From Gemmatimonadota bacterium (lineage in GTDB: Bacteria; Gemmatimonadota; Gemmatimonadetes; Longimicrobiales; Gaopeijiaceae), in NCBI GenBank assembly GCA_034521595.1, contig JAXHMG010000003.1, positions 2,400,001 to 2,464,000 on the forward strand: a DNA stretch of 64,000 nucleotides, given 5' to 3'. Positions 48,130-58,609 of this stretch are shown piece after piece (within the stretch, counting starts at the first letter, position 1; every line of letters begins with the position of its first letter). The notes under the pieces are model-generated. The model was given only the letters and a program-made list of their open reading frames with translations, ran no database searches and was not told the origin of the DNA. A program made the position numbers and the translations under genes.

Positions 48130-48924
48130 ATGCCCGCGCCACCTGTCCACGTCGGGCCCGCCCACTCGGTCGGTCCCTTCCGCATCCGGCGCATCGACTA
48201 TGCTCCGGGCCTGCGGCAGCCGGCGCACGCGCACGAGGGCGCGAGCCTGACGCTTCTTCTCGCCGGGGAGATCCGGGAGACGACCGGTCAGCGCGAAGAG
48301 ACGGGATCGGCCCTGAGCGTGGTCGTCAAGCCCCCGGACGTCCGGCACGCCGACGAGGTGGGTCCGCGCGGAGCCCGGACGCTCCAGGTAGCGTTCGGTC
48401 CCGCGACGGTCGAGGAGCTGCGGGAGCACGGAGCGGCGCCGGAACGCTGGTTCTGGCTCCACGGCGGGTGCGGGGCGTCTCTTCTTCTGGAGCTCGCCGA
48501 GGCCCTCCACGAAGGATCGCGGCCGGCCTCCGAGCTGGAGGATCGCGTGATCGAGGCCCTGGGCGGGGTGCGTAACCGGTCGGACATCCGGGAGAATGAC
48601 GATTCCGTCTGGCTGCGCCGCGTGAAGGAAGCGATCGAAGACGATCCCTTCGGGGAGTTGAGCGTCCGCGACCTGGCCCACCTCGTGGGCGCGCATCCGG
48701 TTTCGGTCTCCCGGGCGTTCCGACGCGCGTTCGGTGTGACGATCACCGAGCACCGGAGGCGGACCCGGCTGCGGCGCGCCGCAGCGCACATCACCGCCGG
48801 CCGGGACTCTCTCTCGGGCGCTGCGCACGCCACCGGCTACGCGGATCATCCCCACATGTGCCGCGAATTCCAGGTGCTGGCGGGCCTGAGCCCGTCCGCG
48901 CTCCGGCGCCTCGCGGCCGGATAG
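48130..48924 (+). CDS. AraC family transcriptional regulator
   Basis: Cupin HAHE; C-terminal HTH SRAFRRAFG...GYADHPHMCREF..GLSPS. Confidence 0.9.
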   Translation: MPAPPVHVGPAHSVGPFRIRRIDYAPGLRQPAHAHEGASLTLLLAGEIRETTGQREETGSALSVVVKPPDVRHADEVGPRGARTLQVAFGPATVEELREHGAAPERWFWLHGGCGASLLLELAEALHEGSRPASELEDRVIEALGGVRNRSDIRENDDSVWLRRVKEAIEDDPFGELSVRDLAHLVGAHPVSVSRAFRRAFGVTITEHRRRTRLRRAAAHITAGRDSLSGAAHATGYADHPHMCREFQVLAGLSPSALRRLAAG

Positions 48925-49002
48925 CTCCGTTCAAGCCCTCCTCGCGCCCTCGCGGCAGATTCTGGACGAGAATCGAATGTCCGCGGAAGCTTGGAGGGGA
49001 CC

Positions 49003-50556
49003 ATGGCCCGGAAGTCGGGACGACGGTGGGGAAGAGCTCGTACACGGTTCGAGATGATGACGGTGGCGCTGCTCCTGACGACGCCCTCGGGCGCGGGCGC
49101 TCAGGCCGTGATCGGCGGTGAGTGGAGGGACGACGTGGCGGCGTTCGCCCAGCGGGTCGTCGAAGCCGGACTCACCCCCGGCATGGGGCTAGCGGTCGCG
49201 GTCGGCGACCGGGTGGCGTGGGCGGAGGGCTTCGGGAGCGCCGATCTCGCCGCGGCACGCGCGGTCACGCCCCGGACTCCGTTCTACATCGCTTCGAGCA
49301 CGAAATCGCTCACCGCGACCGCCGTCGTGCTCGCAGCCCACGCGGGAGACGTGGACCTCGATTCTCCCATGACCCGCTACCTGCCGGAAGCCCGGCTCCC
49401 GAGTGGCATCGACGCTTCGTCGATCCGGGTCCGGGATCTGCTCACCCTCACGCACGGTCTTTCGGGGAGCGGTCCCATCGTCCTACGCACGGCCTTCACC
49501 GGCGAGTTCACCCGTGCGGAGCTCCTGGAGCTCCTACGCTACCACGAGCCGACCGGGGAGCAGGGAGAGTTCTCCTACAACAACCTGGGCTACAACCTCC
49601 TCGGAATGGTCCTCGAGGCCGTCTACGACGAAAGCTGGAAGGACGTCGTCGACCGGCTCGTCCTGGAGCCGCTGGGTATGCGCTCCACCACCGCGTATCG
49701 GTCGCGGCTCTCGGACGATCACCTCGCCCTTCCGCACGAGCTCCTTCCCGAAGGCTTCGCCCGTCTCCCCACCACGAAGCGGGACGCGAACCTTCACGCC
49801 GCGGGGGGTCACTTCGCCACGGCCGAGGATCTGGCTCGTTACCTGGCGGCCCACCAGAGCGGCGGGCGGCTCGAGGGGCGCCCGGTTCTGCCGGAGGCGC
49901 CGCTCCGGAGCACGCACCGTGTGCACGTGGAGCAGGACCGGACGTTCGGCCCGTTCCACCGTCACGGCTGGGGCTTCGGCTGGGACATCGGCACCTATGA
50001 CGGCGACACGCTCGCGCACCGGTTCGGAGGCTTCTCCGGGTATCGCTCACACATGTCGTTCATGCCGGAGCACGAGCTGGGCGTGGTGGTGCTGGTGAAC
50101 GGCGACGGATCGGCGAGCCCGGCCGCCGACCTCGTCGCCACCTACGCCTACGACCGGCTGCTGGGAAAGCCCAACCTCGACGAACAGTACCGCGAGCGCC
50201 TCGACGACCTCGTCACGGACGCAGGGGAAGCCCGAACGGGAATCGCCGAGCACCTGGCGGAGCGGGCAGCGCGCCGGGCGCCGCTGGCTCACCCGCTCGA
50301 GGCGTACGCGGGCATCTACGAAAGCCCTCGGCTCGGCCGCATGGAATGGCGTGTGGTGGCCGGTGGCTTGGAGATGTGGATGGGTGTGCTCCGGAGCCGC
50401 GCCGAGGTCTTCGACGCGCCCGAGAACCGGCTCCGCGTGGAGATCGCCGGGTCCGGCCGGGTGGTCGCCTTCCGGTTCGAAGGGGACGGGCCGGCACGGA
50501 GCGTGACGCTCCTCGGCACGGGGGCGGAGTTCGTCCGGGTGAACGACCCACAGTGA
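49003..50556 (+). CDS. Secreted serine hydrolase, beta-lactamase/PBP-like, with C-terminal extension
   Basis: SxxK (SSTK), YxN (YNN), LLTLTHGL, FGGFSG; YAGIY tail domain. Confidence 0.9.
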   Translation: MARKSGRRWGRARTRFEMMTVALLLTTPSGAGAQAVIGGEWRDDVAAFAQRVVEAGLTPGMGLAVAVGDRVAWAEGFGSADLAAARAVTPRTPFYIASSTKSLTATAVVLAAHAGDVDLDSPMTRYLPEARLPSGIDASSIRVRDLLTLTHGLSGSGPIVLRTAFTGEFTRAELLELLRYHEPTGEQGEFSYNNLGYNLLGMVLEAVYDESWKDVVDRLVLEPLGMRSTTAYRSRLSDDHLALPHELLPEGFARLPTTKRDANLHAAGGHFATAEDLARYLAAHQSGGRLEGRPVLPEAPLRSTHRVHVEQDRTFGPFHRHGWGFGWDIGTYDGDTLAHRFGGFSGYRSHMSFMPEHELGVVVLVNGDGSASPAADLVATYAYDRLLGKPNLDEQYRERLDDLVTDAGEARTGIAEHLAERAARRAPLAHPLEAYAGIYESPRLGRMEWRVVAGGLEMWMGVLRSRAEVFDAPENRLRVEIAGSGRVVAFRFEGDGPARSVTLLGTGAEFVRVNDPQ

Positions 50557-50617
50557 GCTGCTTCCGGCCGCCCCACGGAGCGCCGTCGCGGCGCCGTGCC
50601 GCGTCCTCGCACCCTTC

Positions 50618-51523
50618 TCAGACGCTCGATCCGGATTTCGTCCGGTACACCAGCACCACTCCCGCGCCGGCCACGACGAGACCCGCCAGGTCCGTCGCGG
50701 TCACGGCGTCGCCGAACGCCAGCCAGGCCATGATCATCGTCACCGGCGGGCTCAGGTAGAACAGGCTCGCCACGCGCGTGGCGCTCTCGCGCACCAGCAG
50801 CCGCCACATCGCCCAGTAAGCACCGAGCGACACGGCCAGGATGAGCCACGCCATGGTCGCCACGAACGGTGCCGTCCACTGCACGGCGAATCCCTCCCAC
50901 AGCCATGCCGGCAACAACAACGCCAAGGCCGTCGCCGCGGCCTGATAGAACAACGCGACGTCGTCCGGCACGCGGTGCTCCGAGCCCGAGCTGTGCCAAC
51001 GCCGCTGCATCAGGCTCGCCACCGTGATCGCCATCACTGAGCCGAACGGGATCAGATAGCCGAGCGCCGGCGTCACGGCATCCTGGGAGAGGCGCGCGCC
51101 CACCGCGATCACCACGCCGCCGAACCCGAGCACCAGGCCGAGCCACTGCCGCGCGTCGGTGCGCTCGCCAAGGACCGGGCCCGACAACGCACCGGTCACC
51201 AGCGGCTGCAACGCGGTCACCAGCGCGACGATGCCCGCCGGCACGCCCATGTCCAACGCCACGAGCACGCAGCCGAGCCACACACCGTGCGCGAGCACCC
51301 CCACGAGCGCGGTATGGCTCGCCGCGGCCCCGCCCAGCCAGCCCAAGCGTCCACGCAATGCCAGCCACAGCCCCAACAACCCAGAGAGCGCGGTGTAACG
51401 CCAGAACAGCAAGGTCCACGGCCCGGTGAACGGAAGCCCGTACTCGGCCCCGATGAAACCGGAGTTCCACAGCAGGACGAACACGAGCTCGAGGCCGAGG
51501 ACCCGGCCGAGGAAGGAATTCAT
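50618..51523 (-). CDS. DMT/EamA family transporter
   Basis: FVLLWNSGFIGA, LQPLVT, LGER, YLSPP; about 10 TM helices. Confidence 0.92.
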   Translation of the reverse strand: MNSFLGRVLGLELVFVLLWNSGFIGAEYGLPFTGPWTLLFWRYTALSGLLGLWLALRGRLGWLGGAAASHTALVGVLAHGVWLGCVLVALDMGVPAGIVALVTALQPLVTGALSGPVLGERTDARQWLGLVLGFGGVVIAVGARLSQDAVTPALGYLIPFGSVMAITVASLMQRRWHSSGSEHRVPDDVALFYQAAATALALLLPAWLWEGFAVQWTAPFVATMAWLILAVSLGAYWAMWRLLVRESATRVASLFYLSPPVTMIMAWLAFGDAVTATDLAGLVVAGAGVVLVYRTKSGSSV

Positions 51524-51772
51524 GGGGATGCCGTTGATGTAGGGTCGGGACGGTTGGAAATGGCCGTGACGCTCGAGCCGGGGATCCGCCCGGCATCGCC
51601 TTCGCGCTACGGGGATAGGACGGTGGGGGAGGATTATTGATTCGGCCCGCTGACGGCGCAATGCGCGAGTCCGGCGCCCACAGCGTAGCGCACCGCCTTC
51701 CGCTAGGGCACAACACTCCCGCGCGTGGGTAACAGCTTCAAGCTGAGAGCATTTCTCCGCGCTGGAGCATCC

Positions 51773-52333
51773 ATGGCCGGGCCCCACGTTATCGAATACG
51801 TCGTCAGACCCGATTGCACCGTCGTGGACGTGCAGGGCGAATGGGACACGTTCGCCACCGAAAACGACGCGGCGGATCTAACGGTGTCCGCTGTCGTGGG
51901 GCACGACCTCCGTGAGTTCCTGGGCGGCGCCGAAACCCGCCTCATCTATCAGGCTCTCATCGAGCGCATTTTGGGGACCGGGCGCCTCGTCCGCTTTCCC
52001 TTCCGCTGTGACAGTCCGGATGCTCGGCGTTATATGGAGATGGAGATCGAGCGGCCCGATCCCGACCTCATCCGTTTCAGAAGCCGGATGATTCGTGAAG
52101 AAGACCGCCCGGCCCAACCTCTCTTCAACACGAAAGTCGCGCGCAGTGACGAGCTGCTCGTCACGTGTAGCTGGTGCAAGCGCGTGAAGACCGAGGGCGA
52201 TGTCTGGGTGGAAGTCGAGGACTACGTGGCATCGTCCGGACTCATGGAAGCGGACGTGCTCCCGCGGCTCACCCATGGCGTGTGCCCGGATTGCGAGGAG
52301 AGCATGGACGCGCTGATCGAATCGGCGGAGTGA
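51773..52333 (+). CDS. PAS-like protein with C-terminal Cys/His metal-binding domain
   Basis: WDTFATEN, FRCDSP, then CSWCKRV...W...THGVCPDC. Confidence 0.7.
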   Translation: MAGPHVIEYVVRPDCTVVDVQGEWDTFATENDAADLTVSAVVGHDLREFLGGAETRLIYQALIERILGTGRLVRFPFRCDSPDARRYMEMEIERPDPDLIRFRSRMIREEDRPAQPLFNTKVARSDELLVTCSWCKRVKTEGDVWVEVEDYVASSGLMEADVLPRLTHGVCPDCEESMDALIESAE

Positions 52334-52373
52334 GAGAGCCGACGGCGGACGCGCGACGAGCGGTCCGTCCCGT

Positions 52374-53987
52374 TCAGGCCCCGAGGGCGATGAGCGAAAG
52401 ATACATGCCCTGGACGACGAGGATGACCATGATGAGGGCTACGGGATAGACCGAGGAGTAGGCCACGACCGGTCGCTCCGAGGTGTCCACCTGACGGATG
52501 ACATCCAATCCGGGGGTGAACGTCATTCCCCCGCAAATCACACCGAAGCACTCGCTGACCGAGATCTTCAACAGGTAGTGGCCCACCAGAAAGCTGACCG
52601 TCATGGGGACCAGGACGAAGAGGAGCGCGAAGGCGGCGTAGTAGATCGCGTTCACATCGAGGAGCTCGACGAACCTCTGCCCCGTATCGAATCCGACCTG
52701 AACGAAGAACAGGGCGAGCCCCAGCTCTTTGAGCACTTCCGTAGCGGTCCGCGGAAAACGCCCGATGAAGTTCCCGATCCGACCGAAGTGACCGAAGACG
52801 AGACCGGCGACCAGGGCCCCTCCGGCAAGCCCGAGCGAGAAGTTTCCAAGGGCGGGAAGGGGAATGATGATCCCCCCGATGGCGAAGGCCAGGAACAGGG
52901 CGGCCGCCAACGAACGGATGTCGACCCGGCGCTGCACGGCCTGGTGCTCGTGGCCCAGGAACATCTCGAGCTGTTCGAGCTGGTACGTCGTCCCCACCGC
53001 GACGACCACGTCACCATGCTCGAGCACCTGGTCGAAGTGGGGAACGAATTCCACGTTCGCTCGAATGATCCGGGTGATCGAGACATTGAATCGAAGGCGG
53101 ATGCCCAGATCGCTGAGTGAGCGGTTGATGACTGACGTGTTCTCGACCACGATCGACCGGGTATCGAGCTCGGGGTCGTCCTCGAAGTGGTCGTGGACCT
53201 CTTCGCCGAAGGCGGTGCCCACTCTTTCGATGTCTTCCGCGAGCCCCTCCAGGCGAACGACGTCCCCCTTCTGAAGGACCGTGGTTCCGCTCGCCGTCCT
53301 CAGGGTCAGGTTGCGGAGGATTCCCGAAATGACCACGTCACTGTGCTGAAGCTCGTCGAGGTCTTTGATCTGCGTTCCGTGATAGCCTTCGTTGGTGACC
53401 CGGTAGACCCGCGCTTCCATCTTGGAATGGGATCTCGCTTCCGCCTCCATCTTGGGGCGAAGCAAGCGAACCGCGACGCTGATGAAGAGAATGACGCCCA
53501 GCAGTCCGAAGGGATACGCTACGCCGTACCCGAAGATCACTTCCTCCTCGGGGCTGAACTGGAGCGCGCTGACCAGAGCCGGGCTGGATGTGAACGCTCC
53601 GGCGAAGAGGCCCAACCCGATTCCGACCGGCACACCGCCGAGCTTGAGGATGAGGACGGTGTTCACCCCGGCGATGCCGAGAAGGACGATCACGTTTTTT
53701 ATGAACCTCTTCCCGTGCTGCTTGAAGGCTCGAAAGAAGCTGGGGCCCGCTTCCAGTCCCACACTCAGCAGGAAGAGCACGATTCCCAGATCCTGGAGAA
53801 TCGGAATGGGAGAGAATTGATATAGATAGCCCGCCGCCATGGCCACGATCAGGACACCGCTCGAGCCGAACCCGACGCCCTTGACCCGGAAGTTCCCGAA
53901 GGTGATCCCAAGAAGGACGATGAGGAATGTGACGACCAGCTCGCTTCTCTGGAAGAAGAACTCGAAGGGGATCACATCGTCCTGCAT
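52374..53987 (-). CDS. AspT/YidE/YbjL family transporter with two TrkA-C domains
   Basis: VGLEAGPSFF, AGAFTSSPAL, YGVAYPFG, GGMTFTPGL; duplicated membrane domain. Confidence 0.9.
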   Translation of the reverse strand: MQDDVIPFEFFFQRSELVVTFLIVLLGITFGNFRVKGVGFGSSGVLIVAMAAGYLYQFSPIPILQDLGIVLFLLSVGLEAGPSFFRAFKQHGKRFIKNVIVLLGIAGVNTVLILKLGGVPVGIGLGLFAGAFTSSPALVSALQFSPEEEVIFGYGVAYPFGLLGVILFISVAVRLLRPKMEAEARSHSKMEARVYRVTNEGYHGTQIKDLDELQHSDVVISGILRNLTLRTASGTTVLQKGDVVRLEGLAEDIERVGTAFGEEVHDHFEDDPELDTRSIVVENTSVINRSLSDLGIRLRFNVSITRIIRANVEFVPHFDQVLEHGDVVVAVGTTYQLEQLEMFLGHEHQAVQRRVDIRSLAAALFLAFAIGGIIIPLPALGNFSLGLAGGALVAGLVFGHFGRIGNFIGRFPRTATEVLKELGLALFFVQVGFDTGQRFVELLDVNAIYYAAFALLFVLVPMTVSFLVGHYLLKISVSECFGVICGGMTFTPGLDVIRQVDTSERPVVAYSSVYPVALIMVILVVQGMYLSLIALGA

Positions 53988-54286
53988 GGAGACGCACCTC
54001 GCGCTGAATCAACATGAGCGACAAAGCATGGCCGAATCGGACTACGGGAGCAACGAGCTCATCGTGCAGGAGGGCTGACTTCGTCGTCCCGGAGGGTTGT
54101 CCAACGTCTTGAACCGCCCCGGGTTCACCATCTTCGGACCATGCGTTCGCGAAGATTCCCGAGTTGCGCTGGGAAAATCCGCCGGACGGATGAGGCCGGG
54201 GCTCCGAGCCATATCGTCGCTGCGACCGGGGCACGCGCCACGACGCCCGCAGGAACCTGGGACGCGCTATCCGGTTGGGTTGGTGT

Positions 54287-54865
54287 ATGGACACCCTACC
54301 GCTGCCCCCCATCCCTGCGCTGACGGTCGCACTGAAGCCGCTCGCGATCCTTTCGTCGGTGCTTCTCGCGGCCGGCTGCGGTGCGTCGGAGAATCCGGAC
54401 CGGGGTGAGGACGAAGGCGGAGGCGTGACAGCGACGCGAGCCGGCCCGCTCGCGGGCCTTACCCTTCCCGACCTCGACGGCGTCGAGCGTCCGCTCAGGA
54501 CCCGTGCCGACGAGATCACGGTCGTCAACTTCTGGGCGACTTGGTGCCTTCCCTGCCTCGACGAGCTTCCGGAGCTCGTGGCGCTCGACCGTCGGTGGGC
54601 GGAGGACCGCGTACGCGTCGTCGGCGTCGCGGTCGAATCGGGCGCGGCCGCCGACATCCGGGCTTTCGCCGACGAGCAGGGGATGGAGTACACGCTACTC
54701 ACCGCCGATCAGCGGTGGGGGCGCAAGCATTTCGGTGTCTTCGGGCTGCCGGTGACGCTCGTCGTGGACCGCTCTGGCGAGGTCCGGCACACTCTGATCG
54801 GACCCCAGACGAAGACGGACTTCGAGGCAGCCGTCGCTCCGCTCCTCGAACCCGGAGAAGGGTGA
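54287..54865 (+). CDS. TlpA/ResA-like thiol-disulfide oxidoreductase lipoprotein
   Basis: Lipobox AAGC; VNFWATWCLPC, GLPVTLVVD. Confidence 0.9.
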   Translation: MDTLPLPPIPALTVALKPLAILSSVLLAAGCGASENPDRGEDEGGGVTATRAGPLAGLTLPDLDGVERPLRTRADEITVVNFWATWCLPCLDELPELVALDRRWAEDRVRVVGVAVESGAAADIRAFADEQGMEYTLLTADQRWGRKHFGVFGLPVTLVVDRSGEVRHTLIGPQTKTDFEAAVAPLLEPGEG

Positions 54866-55007
54866 AGGAAGCGGCGGCGGGCCCGCGCGTGGTGAGGGGA
54901 CGAAGGACCGGTGACGGAAGGTGAAAATGCCCAAGGACAGAGCATCTGTGATTGATCGCAGTGTGAAGTGGCGAACGCGACCTGCAGCACGTCCCGGTGA
55001 GGGTGGC

Positions 55008-57248
55008 GTGCGCTTCCCGACGGTCCCCGCATCTCTCGTCGTGGCTACGGCCGCACTCCTCGGAACCGCCGCCCCGCTTTCCGCCCAACATCCGGAGCCC
55101 GGCGCCTCGGGCGCGGAGTCGGGAACGCCCGAGTTGCGGAACGAGCTGGCGAACGCGACGAGCCCTTACCTTCGCTCGGCGGCCGAACAGCCCGTCGCCT
55201 GGCAGGAGTGGGGCCCGGAGACCTTCGAGCTCGCGCGCAGGCTCGACCGCCCGATCTGGCTCGACGTCGGCGCGATCTGGTGCCACTGGTGCCACGTCAT
55301 GGACCGGGAGAGCTACGAGAACCCGGAGATCGCCGCGCTGATCAACGAGCACTTCGTTCCCGTCAAGGTCGACCTGGACGAGCGACCGGACATCGACAAC
55401 CGGTATCAGGCCGCCCACATCGAGCTCACCGGACGAGGCGGTGGGTGGCCGCTCACGATGTTCTTGACCCCGGACGGAGAGCCGTTCGGGGGAGGGACGT
55501 ACTTCCCGCCCGAAGCCCGTGACGGACGGCCCGGGCTGAAGGACATCGTGCCCGAGGTCGCTGCCCGGTTCCACGAGGACCGCGGAGAGGTGACGGAAAC
55601 CGCCCGCGAGACCCGCGAGCGCTTGAGCGAGCTCGGGAGGGCCGCCGACGCGGACGGCGATCTGGAGCACGACGTCGTCCGGGACGTCACCGAGATCGTA
55701 GAGAAGCAGTTCGATCGAGACCACGGAGGGTTCGGCAACAGCGAGGCGGCGAAGTTCCCGCACGCCGAGGCGATCCGGCTCGCCCTCGCCCGCGCGTACC
55801 TGAGGGACGACGAGGACCTACAACGCTCGGCGCTCGAGACGCTCGAGGCGTACGCCCGCAGCGGGATGCGCGATCACGTGAACGGCGGCTTCTTCCGCTA
55901 TAGCGTGGACCGGGCGCTCACCGTGCCACACTTCGAGAAGATGGACTACGTGCAGGCGGCGATGCTCCAGGCGTACCTGGACGCGTATCGTTGGACGGGT
56001 GAAGAGGGGTATGCGGCGGTCGCGCGGGACATCATGCGTTACGTCGACGCCACGCTCTCCGACCCCGAGCGCGGCGGCTTTTTCGCGCACCAGGACGCCG
56101 ACGTGTCGCTCGACGACGACGGGTCCTACTACACGTGGAGCTTGGCCGACCTCGAGGCGGCCGTGCCGCCGGAGGAGTTCGAAGCGATGCGCCTCTACTA
56201 CGACGTCGAGGAGGACGGCGAGATGAGCGAGCATCCGGACCAGAACGTCCTGCGCCTGGAACGGACCGTGGGCGAGGTTGCCGATGAGCTCGGCATCGCT
56301 CCCGAGGAGGCCGAGCGGCGGATCCGCAGTGGGACCGAACGGCTCGAGGCCGCACGAGCCGAATGGGAAGCTCCGTTCGTGGAGACGACCGTCTTCACCG
56401 ACCGCAACGCCATGCTGATCTCGGCATACCTCGACGCGTACACGACGCTCGGGGATGCCGGGGCCCGGGACTTCGCCCTCGAGACGCTCGACCGCATCCT
56501 GGAGCACGCCGTGCTGCCCGACGGCTCGGTCCGGCACGCCATGGCGGGGGAACAGAGCTACGTTGACGGCTTCATGGCCGACTATGCCGGCATCTCCGAC
56601 GCTCTTCTCGACGCGTACCAAGTCACGGGGGAGAGCCGCTACCTGAGGACGGCGGAGCGTGTGATGGAGCGTGCCGTCGAGGTGTTCTGGGACGACGAGA
56701 ATGGCGGGTTCTACGACCGGCCGGAAGACCCGGACGCGCCGGCGCTCCTGGCCGACCGCGTGAAGGACTTCGACGACGCCCCCCTCCCCGGGGACAACGC
56801 CGTGGCGGCGCGCGCCCTGAACAAGCTCTACCTGCTCACGAGCGCGGAGCGTTGGCGGGAGCTCGCCGCCCGGACGCTGGCGGCCTTCGCGGGCGCCGCT
56901 CGGGAGCGGGGGGTGTTCGTGGCGAGCTACGCCCTCGCGGCCGAGGCGCACCTGAACAAGCCACCCCGGACAGTCGTGATCGGGCCGGCCGGCGACACGC
57001 GCACGGACGCGCTGGTCGAGGCGGCGTGGCGGACGTTCCGGCCCGGCCGGACCGTCGCGAGCTACGATCCCACGACGGTGGAGCTCGAGACCCTCCCTCC
57101 GGCCGTGGCCGGCGCGGCGCGCGTGTTCGGTAGCGATCCCACGCCACGCGCCTACGTCTGTGTTGGCGAGACGTGCGCACCGCCGACCACCGATCCGGAG
57201 ATGGTCACCGAACTCGTGCGGGAATACGGGTTGTCGGGGTCGCGCTGA
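55008..57248 (+). CDS. DUF255/YyaL-like thioredoxin-domain + (alpha/alpha)6 barrel protein
   Basis: SPYL, WCHWCHVMDRESY, GGWPLT, GGFFRYSVD, PHFEKM; N-terminal signal peptide if GTG 55008 is the start. Confidence 0.9.
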   Translation: MRFPTVPASLVVATAALLGTAAPLSAQHPEPGASGAESGTPELRNELANATSPYLRSAAEQPVAWQEWGPETFELARRLDRPIWLDVGAIWCHWCHVMDRESYENPEIAALINEHFVPVKVDLDERPDIDNRYQAAHIELTGRGGGWPLTMFLTPDGEPFGGGTYFPPEARDGRPGLKDIVPEVAARFHEDRGEVTETARETRERLSELGRAADADGDLEHDVVRDVTEIVEKQFDRDHGGFGNSEAAKFPHAEAIRLALARAYLRDDEDLQRSALETLEAYARSGMRDHVNGGFFRYSVDRALTVPHFEKMDYVQAAMLQAYLDAYRWTGEEGYAAVARDIMRYVDATLSDPERGGFFAHQDADVSLDDDGSYYTWSLADLEAAVPPEEFEAMRLYYDVEEDGEMSEHPDQNVLRLERTVGEVADELGIAPEEAERRIRSGTERLEAARAEWEAPFVETTVFTDRNAMLISAYLDAYTTLGDAGARDFALETLDRILEHAVLPDGSVRHAMAGEQSYVDGFMADYAGISDALLDAYQVTGESRYLRTAERVMERAVEVFWDDENGGFYDRPEDPDAPALLADRVKDFDDAPLPGDNAVAARALNKLYLLTSAERWRELAARTLAAFAGAARERGVFVASYALAAEAHLNKPPRTVVIGPAGDTRTDALVEAAWRTFRPGRTVASYDPTTVELETLPPAVAGAARVFGSDPTPRAYVCVGETCAPPTTDPEMVTELVREYGLSGSR

Positions 57249-57495
57249 AGGGAGGGGCGAAGGGGCGCACGTCCCGCTGGTTCCGACACACGCCTCCTCT
57301 TCAACGGCGCCACAACGCCTTCAACATCCGCCATATCTTGGGTTTGCGGGCCTCGGCGCGCCACCCTTCTTCGGCGAGCTCACGGATTCGTGCAAAACCG
57401 GGTCGCGGGAGGTGGGTTTCGAGACGAGCAGGCCGGTCGCAGCGAGCTCCGGACTCGTGCGTGCCTTCCCAGGGTCATGCCCACCGGGCGCGCCC

Positions 57496-58163
57496 TTAGC
57501 GGCGGTCGGCGGCGGCGGCGTGGTCGTGCATCCCGGCCTTCCACCAGCGCAGGAGGGCCGCACCGACCAGCCCGACCAGGAGTAGGGGGCCGACGAGTCG
57601 CAGGTTCCCGGTGACCCAGGCGATCACCGGCTCGACGTCGGCCGCGAAGATCCATCCCAGGCTCGTGTACACGGTGCCCCAGAGAATCAAGGCGGTGCCA
57701 TCGACCAGGAGAAACCGCCGCGGGCTGATTCCAGCGAGCCCCGATGCCGCGGCGAGCATGGCGGAGACCCCGGGATGAACTTGCCGAGCAGGAGGTATCC
57801 GGCTCCGACCCGTGAGATCCGCGAGCTCACGGCCAGGACGCACACCTTCGGATTCGACGACAGTCCGCACGCCGAATCAACGATGGCGCTCCCCCGCCAG
57901 CGAGCCAATCCGAACCACGCGAGGTCCGAGGTCAGGCCTCCGGCCACAACCGCGGCGACCACCCCGAACGGATTCAGGACACCGGACGCCGCGATCGCTC
58001 CGGCTGCCACGACCAGCGGGGTGCTGGCCACCGGAAGTCCCGCGAACTCGGCGATGCCGAGCACGTAGAGGGCTACGTATCCGTGCGACCCCATGAAGGC
58101 GATGAGTGCGTCCAATTCAGCGCTTGCCCGTGTCTCGAGATGGGAGGGATCCTCACGAGCCAA
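57496..58163 (-). pseudogene. DedA family membrane protein, frameshifted near 57770
   Basis: EFAGLPV...GKFIPG in one frame continues as PGVSAMLAAASG..RRFLL in another; single-base loss in CCCGGGG. Confidence 0.75.
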
Positions 58164-58259
58164 TCGCTTCCGTGCCTTGGCGGTTCCACCGCCGAATCGC
58201 TCCGGGTGGCTCCGGGGAGCCCGTCCCCGGTCGGACGGATCTGCCGGGCTCTACGAGAG

Positions 58260-58309
58260 TGTCAAATTCTCAACCGTTGTTTTTAGCCGAGATCAAACCG
58301 GTGGTGACA
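58260..58309 (-). mobile_element. IS21-like terminal remnant
   Basis: 50-bp AT-rich segment with TGTCA at both inverted ends and two CA(C/A)CGGTT motifs; begins where HepT similarity stops. Confidence 0.45.
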
Positions 58310-58489
58310 CCGAAGGTCTTCGGGAATGCCCTTCGATGCCTCGCCGATGATCTCCAGGCGACGAGTGACTGAGTCCTGCTTCTCGACGTCTTCGGTAAAC
58401 GACTCGAGGGTCAGACCAGCCGTGTACCGCTGCAGAAGCTCGATCGCTTCGAGGATCTCCTCGAGCAGGATCTTCACACCTCGACTCAT
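58283..58489 (-). pseudogene. Truncated HepT/DUF86 (HEPN) toxin
   Basis: LEEILEAIE, QDSVTRRLEIIGEA; ends before the R-x4-H catalytic motif. Confidence 0.8.
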
Positions 58490-58590
58490 AGCAGCGGCAC
58501 GACCTCACCCATGATCCGGCCCCGGAGCTTCGGATGAAGCGATTGCGGTATGGCCACATCGACGTCGCGGCCGAGGAGGCCGATGCCCTG
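58486..58590 (-). pseudogene. C-terminal remnant of minimal nucleotidyltransferase (MNT) antitoxin
   Basis: LLGRDVDVAIPQSLHPKLRGRIMGEV; stop overlaps the HepT ATG; N-terminal GS/DxD part missing. Confidence 0.7.
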
Positions 58591-58609
58591 GTGAGCAAGC
58601 CGGGATCGC

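Noticed and set aside
49003-50556. Beta-lactam resistance gene
   Set aside because: Motifs and extra C-terminal domain fit the broad serine hydrolase/peptidase family; no evidence for true beta-lactamase activity.
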